From NCBI GenBank assembly GCA_030266405.1, contig JAJDHW010000001.1:1-50857 (forward strand): 50,857 bases of DNA, given 5' to 3'. The DNA is from Methanobrevibacter sp. OttesenSCG-928-I08 (lineage in GTDB: Archaea; Methanobacteriota; Methanobacteria; Methanobacteriales; Methanobacteriaceae). Both the position numbers and the translations under genes were made by a program. Positions 45,838 through 50,857 of the stretch are shown here, piece by piece (the stretch's first letter is position 1; every line of letters starts with the position of its first letter). The notes below the pieces were generated by a model that was given only the letters and a program-made list of their open reading frames with translations, had not been told where the DNA came from and ran no database searches.

Positions 45838-46974
45838 TCATTTCTCAAAAATTTTAGACATACATCCTGCAATTAAACCTGCAAAAATATCATCAAGCAT
45901 TGGGCCTAAACCATAAATTATTCCAGGTTTTGCTTCATCATAACGCTTAAAATTAAATGTAGCTTTTGTTCCAGCTATTTGATTAGAAATAGCTAAACCT
46001 AATACTTCATCTGTATATAAATATGCTGGATCATCTGAAACATCTATTTCACGAATTTTATTATTAGATAAATCATCTTCAGATCTAATAGCTGCCATTA
46101 AAAGAGTTATTACATTTATATCAGTTAAAGATTCAAGAATTTGTTTTTCTAGTTTTTCTTTAAGCTCATCAGTTACCTCAACACCAACACATAATTCCAT
46201 TCCAGCTTCAACTAAATCTCCAATTAAAATTCCTTCAGATACTAAATAATCTAATATACCAAAACTTAATTTAAGTTTTTCTAAAGCATCTTCACAACTT
46301 ATTATAACTGCATCTTCAATAGCTATTTTAAAGTCTTTAAAGTCAATTTCATTATCATCATATTGAGCATTTACAATATCTACACTTTCATCAATAATGT
46401 TCTCTTCTTCAAAAGTACTTTCTGCTACATTAGATGCAATACATAGAAAATCATTATTATTTAAGATATTTTTAATATGAATTGGTAAATTAAGAGATTC
46501 AAAAAATTCTGATTTGATTTTTAAAACTGTTTTATATGTTTTTAAAAGTAATTTAGGAGATAAAACTTTGTTTATAAAAATAACATGACCTATATCAATT
46601 TGAGCATTTTCAAAACCTATTGAAGTATTTGCAACCTTTAATTCATCTGTAAAATCATCAACACTTACATCACTTGATAAAAATGTAAATAGCTCTAAAT
46701 TTTCATAAGAATTTCTTAAAAACTCAGTACTTTTAAAATTTTGCCCAATATAGCTTCCTTCTACATTATTTGATTCATTAAACTTTTCACTTGATTCTGC
46801 AATGTTTTCAAAATCAATATCCTCATTTAAAGATGCATTAGATAAAATATTTATATTTTCAATGATATCTATACCATCACTTACTTCAAAATCACTGAAA
46901 GCTAAAAAATGATTAGGATTTGTAATAACTACTCCTTCTTTTGTAGATATAACATTTAAATTATTTTCACTCAT
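45838..46974 (-). CDS. cobZ: Alpha-ribazole phosphatase CobZ / PgpA-family domain with a long N-terminal extension
   Basis: C-terminal [38 protein letters not shown]; directly upstream of cobS. Confidence 0.75.
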   Translation of the reverse strand: MSENNLNVISTKEGVVITNPNHFLAFSDFEVSDGIDIIENINILSNASLNEDIDFENIAESSEKFNESNNVEGSYIGQNFKSTEFLRNSYENLELFTFLSSDVSVDDFTDELKVANTSIGFENAQIDIGHVIFINKVLSPKLLLKTYKTVLKIKSEFFESLNLPIHIKNILNNNDFLCIASNVAESTFEEENIIDESVDIVNAQYDDNEIDFKDFKIAIEDAVIISCEDALEKLKLSFGILDYLVSEGILIGDLVEAGMELCVGVEVTDELKEKLEKQILESLTDINVITLLMAAIRSEDDLSNNKIREIDVSDDPAYLYTDEVLGLAISNQIAGTKATFNFKRYDEAKPGIIYGLGPMLDDIFAGLIAGCMSKIFEK

Positions 46975-47038
46975 AAAAAAACCTGATTTTTAATCAATTA
47001 TAATAAATTATATAATTCATAGCATATTAATTAATATT

Positions 47039-48250
47039 ATGACAATAATTATCGACCCTCAAAATGCAGGAATATCTGGGAATATGATTGTAGGAGCATT
47101 AGTAAATTTAGGTGCTGATGAGAATAAAATTAAAACGATAATGGAATATGCTGCAGAAGATTTTGGAGGAGTTGAAGTTCATTTTGATAAAATAAACAAA
47201 TCAGGGATTGAATCAACATATTGTAATGTAAAAACAATTAACAAAACAAAATCAATAAAATATAATGATTTAATAGATAAAATAGACGATTTAGATTTAG
47301 ATTTAGAAATTTTAGAAATGTCTAAAAATGTTTTTGAAAGGTTAGCTCAAAGTGAATCTAAAGTTCATGGAAAATCATTAGCTGATATTCATTTTCATGA
47401 AGTAGGTGCTGCAGATGCAGTTGCAGATATTATAGGGTCAATTTCTGCATATTTTGATTTAAAATTAGATGAAGAAGTTATAATTGGTCTTCCAATAGCA
47501 TTAGGTGGAGGAACTACTAAATCACAACATGGACAAATTCCAATTCCATCACCTGCAACAATGAATATTTTAAAAGGAGCGAAATGTTTTGGTGGTCCAA
47601 TAAATACAGAACTTGCAACTCCAACAGGTTCTGCAATATATATGGAAATTTGTGATGAATTTGAAGAATTCATTCCTACAATAAATCCAATAAACTCTGC
47701 ATATGGCGCAGGTACTAAAGATTTTGATTTTCCAAACGTTTTAAGAATAATTGAAACTGAAAAAATAAGTAAAAAACAAAAAATTAATGTAATTGAAACA
47801 AATATTGATCATTTATCTGGAGAAGATATTGGATACTTGTTTAATAACCTTTTAGTTGAAGGAGCATCTGATGTATGTGTAATTCCAACAATAATGAAAA
47901 AAAATAGACCTGGATACATTCTTAAAATAATATCAAAAGAAGAAAACACTGATCATTTAGTTGATGTTTTATTTAAAGAAACAGGAACACTTGGAATAAG
48001 AATTTCTGAAGATACTCATAGGTCTGTTGCAAATCGTGAAATATTACCTTTAAAAATTGAGATGAATGGACAAGTTTATCAAATCCGTTTTAAAATAGGT
48101 TTTAATAATGATGAAATAATTTCATATAAACCAGAATTTGAAGATATTAAAATAATAGCTATTAATGAAGATATGGCTCTTAGTGAAGTTAGAAATATTG
48201 CAAATACTATGATAAGGGATTATTTAGAACAAATACCTGAAGGTGAATAA
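47039..48250 (+). CDS. larC: Nickel-pincer cofactor biosynthesis nickel insertase LarC
   Basis: GISGNM, IHFHEVGAADAVADI, HGQIPIPSPAT, TPTG, ETNID, MKKNRPG, ETGTLGIR. Confidence 0.92.
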   Translation: MTIIIDPQNAGISGNMIVGALVNLGADENKIKTIMEYAAEDFGGVEVHFDKINKSGIESTYCNVKTINKTKSIKYNDLIDKIDDLDLDLEILEMSKNVFERLAQSESKVHGKSLADIHFHEVGAADAVADIIGSISAYFDLKLDEEVIIGLPIALGGGTTKSQHGQIPIPSPATMNILKGAKCFGGPINTELATPTGSAIYMEICDEFEEFIPTINPINSAYGAGTKDFDFPNVLRIIETEKISKKQKINVIETNIDHLSGEDIGYLFNNLLVEGASDVCVIPTIMKKNRPGYILKIISKEENTDHLVDVLFKETGTLGIRISEDTHRSVANREILPLKIEMNGQVYQIRFKIGFNNDEIISYKPEFEDIKIIAINEDMALSEVRNIANTMIRDYLEQIPEGE

Positions 48251-48931
48251 ATGGTTAAAAAAGCAATAGCTGTCCTATCAGGAGGATTAGATTCTACAGT
48301 TGCAACTGCAAAATTTTCTAATGAATATGAAATTCATGGATTAACTTTTGATTATGGGCAAAAAGCTAGTACTCAAGAAATAAAAGCATCAAAAGAAATT
48401 TGTAAAAAACTTAATGCAAAACACACTGTAATGGATCTTAAATGGTTAGGCAAGATAAGTAAATCATCTTTAACTTCAGAAGAGAATGTTCCTAAATTAG
48501 ATGAAAAAGATTTAGATGATTTAGATAAAACTAAAGAAAGTGCAGAATCTGTTTGGGTTCCAGGAAGAAATATTTTATTTACAGCAATAGCTATTTCATT
48601 TGCAGAAGCAGAAGGAGCTAGTAAAATAATTGTTGGCTGGGACAAGGAAGAAGCAGAAACATTTCCAGATAATTCAGAGGAATTTTTAGAAAAATACAAT
48701 GAACTTATACAAATAGGTTCACCAGATGAAATAAGTATTGAAGCTCCAGCTATTGATTTAGATAAAGTTGAAATTGTAGAATTAGGCCTTAAAGTAAATG
48801 CACCAATGGATTTAAGCTATTCATGTTATACAGGTAATGAAAAACATTGCGGAATATGTGAATCTTGTATGAGACGTAAAAGAGCTTTTAAAAAATTAAA
48901 TATAACAGATCCAACTGAATATGAAAATTAA
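48251..48931 (+). CDS. queC: 7-cyano-7-deazaguanine synthase
   Basis: SGGLDS PP-loop, DYGQ, WVPGRN, FPD, SCY...HCGICESC. Confidence 0.93.
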   Translation: MVKKAIAVLSGGLDSTVATAKFSNEYEIHGLTFDYGQKASTQEIKASKEICKKLNAKHTVMDLKWLGKISKSSLTSEENVPKLDEKDLDDLDKTKESAESVWVPGRNILFTAIAISFAEAEGASKIIVGWDKEEAETFPDNSEEFLEKYNELIQIGSPDEISIEAPAIDLDKVEIVELGLKVNAPMDLSYSCYTGNEKHCGICESCMRRKRAFKKLNITDPTEYEN

Positions 48932-49019
48932 CTAAAAAAAAGAAAAAATATAACTGATTTTTTAAAAAAAAATAATGTAAAAAAAATATAGGAAAAAATT
49001 CCTATTTAAAAAAAAATAA

Positions 49020-50735
49020 TTATTCAATAACCATTAAAATATCGCCTGCATTAACTGCATCACCAGGTTCTACAAAGATTTCTTTAACAACCCCTTGAGT
49101 ATCAGATTGTACATCATTTTCCATCTTCATAGCTTCAAGAACAGCAACAGTAGATCCTTTTTGGACTTTATCTCCAACATTGACTTTTAATTTTATAACC
49201 ATACCTTGCATTGATGATAAAATTCCACCTTCAACTGGAGTAAATGGTCCTTTATCTGTTTCTTGAACATTCATAAATCCAGTAGGCATAATTTTAACTT
49301 CAAATACATCGCCATCTACTTCAACGTTGTATTCTGTTGGAATTTCTCCAGTTGCACCTTCCATTTCCACAGGTTTTTGAGGAACTAGTTCTTCCTCTTC
49401 AGCTTCACCTTTTAAGAATTTAGGAGCAACAGCTGGATATAATGCATAAGTTAAAATATCTTCTTCTTTTTTAACTAAACCTTTATCTTCAGCTTCTTTT
49501 TTATATTTATCATATTCTGGAGGAATATCATCACCAGGTCTTCCAGTAATAACCTTTTCATCACCAATAATCTTTTTAGCTATTTTTGCATTTACTGGTG
49601 CTGGAGGAGTACCGTAGTTTCCTTTCATATATTCTTTAACTTCATTAGATACGTTTTTATATCTTTCCCCACCAAGTACATTCATTACAGCTTGAATACC
49701 TACAATTTGACTAGTTGGAGTAACAAGAGGAGGATAACCCATATCTTTTCTAACACGAGGCATTTCTTCTAATACATCTTGATATCTATCTAATGCATTT
49801 TGTTCTTTTAATTGAGAAATAAGGTTAGAAAGCATTCCACCAGGAATCTGGTAAAGAAGTACATCAGTATCAACTCTCTCAGTAATAGGATCAATTAAAC
49901 CTAAATATTTTTCACGAATATCCTCAAAGTACTTTTTAATATGATTTAAAAGTTTTAAATCTAATTTAGTATCATATTCAGTTCCAGCTAAAGCTGCCAC
50001 CATACTTTCAGTTGGAGGTTGGGATGTTCCCCAAGATAATGGTGAAATAGCTGTATCTAAAATATCTACTCCTGCTTGACAAGCAGCATAATAACTTATT
50101 GGAGTTATACCACTAGTACAATGACAATGCAAATTAACAAGTAAATCTGTTTCTTCTTTTAATCTTGAAACCAAATCATAAGCAACAGAAGGAGTAATTA
50201 ATCCCGCCATATCTTTAATAGAAATTGAATCACATTCTAAAGATTCTAATTCTTTAGCAAGATCTACGAAAGTATCTAATGAATGAACTGGACTTATAGT
50301 ATAACTAATAGTACCTTGAACATGAGCACCTTGTGCTTTAGCTACTTTAATTGATTTTTCCATATTACGAATATCATTTAAAGCATCAAATATTCTAAAG
50401 ACATCTACTCCATTTTCATATGATTTTTCAACAAATTTAGTAACAATATCATCAGAATAATGTTTGTAACCTACTAAGTTTTGTCCTCTTAGAAGCATTT
50501 GTATTGGAGTTTTTCTTGCTTTTTCTTTTATAGCTCTTAATCTTTCCCATGGATCTTCATTTAAGTATCGAATACATGTATCAAATGTAGCTCCACCCCA
50601 TGCTTCAAGTGAAAAGAATCCAACTTTGTCTAATTCCTCTACAGTTGGAACCAAGTCTCGTGTTCTCAATCTTGTAGCAAGTAAAGATTGATGAGCATCT
50701 CTCAATGCTGTTTCAGTAATTTGGGTAACTTTCAT
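49020..50735 (-). CDS. pycB: Pyruvate carboxylase subunit B (carboxyltransferase plus biotin carrier)
   Basis: LRDAHQSL, WGGATFD, KDMAG, HCH, VTPTSQ, EAMKM biotin site. Confidence 0.93.
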   Translation of the reverse strand: MKVTQITETALRDAHQSLLATRLRTRDLVPTVEELDKVGFFSLEAWGGATFDTCIRYLNEDPWERLRAIKEKARKTPIQMLLRGQNLVGYKHYSDDIVTKFVEKSYENGVDVFRIFDALNDIRNMEKSIKVAKAQGAHVQGTISYTISPVHSLDTFVDLAKELESLECDSISIKDMAGLITPSVAYDLVSRLKEETDLLVNLHCHCTSGITPISYYAACQAGVDILDTAISPLSWGTSQPPTESMVAALAGTEYDTKLDLKLLNHIKKYFEDIREKYLGLIDPITERVDTDVLLYQIPGGMLSNLISQLKEQNALDRYQDVLEEMPRVRKDMGYPPLVTPTSQIVGIQAVMNVLGGERYKNVSNEVKEYMKGNYGTPPAPVNAKIAKKIIGDEKVITGRPGDDIPPEYDKYKKEAEDKGLVKKEEDILTYALYPAVAPKFLKGEAEEEELVPQKPVEMEGATGEIPTEYNVEVDGDVFEVKIMPTGFMNVQETDKGPFTPVEGGILSSMQGMVIKLKVNVGDKVQKGSTVAVLEAMKMENDVQSDTQGVVKEIFVEPGDAVNAGDILMVIE

Positions 50736-50857
50736 TATTAAACACCTCTGGTAGTTTGTTTTAAATTACATAAATCAGATTAATAATAATATATTTGTTG
50801 TTATCATAAAATAATTTATCTATAAAATTAGTAAATAATTATTTTATATATGTAATA

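Overview
Very AT-rich archaeal chromosomal segment. Split RpoB''/B'/A'/A'', korDABC, archaeal Pgk/TpiA and three adhesin-like proteins point to a Methanobacteriales methanogen, most likely Methanobrevibacter-like (inference). Core content: the rpoH-B''-B'-A'-A''-rpl30e-nusA and rps12-rps7-EF2-EF1a-rps10-tRNA-Ser clusters, a Thr-Pro-Tyr-Asp-Lys tRNA cluster, thiM/thiE, pgk, tpiA, taw1, korDABC-sucC, fumarate hydratase beta subunit, FKBP, trm56, cobS/cobZ, larC, queC and pycB. Accessory patches sit between these. The most striking is a ~2 kb islet (35620-37600) bounded by a 38-bp direct repeat. It carries a candidate type I toxin-antitoxin-like module absent from the ORF track: a 27-aa amphipathic peptide with its own promoter, a highly structured mRNA with a 3' fold-back onto the RBS, and a putative cis-antisense RNA. 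It also carries a 47-aa four-Cys microprotein and a bacterial-type DNA alkylation repair gene. Elsewhere: a GNAT toxin-like gene split at an A7 run with a convergent 51-aa partner, an orphan AbrB antitoxin with a possible PIN remnant, a frameshifted AlkD-like gene and a long structured rps12 leader. All calls were read by eye from the sequence; no searches or folding programs were run.
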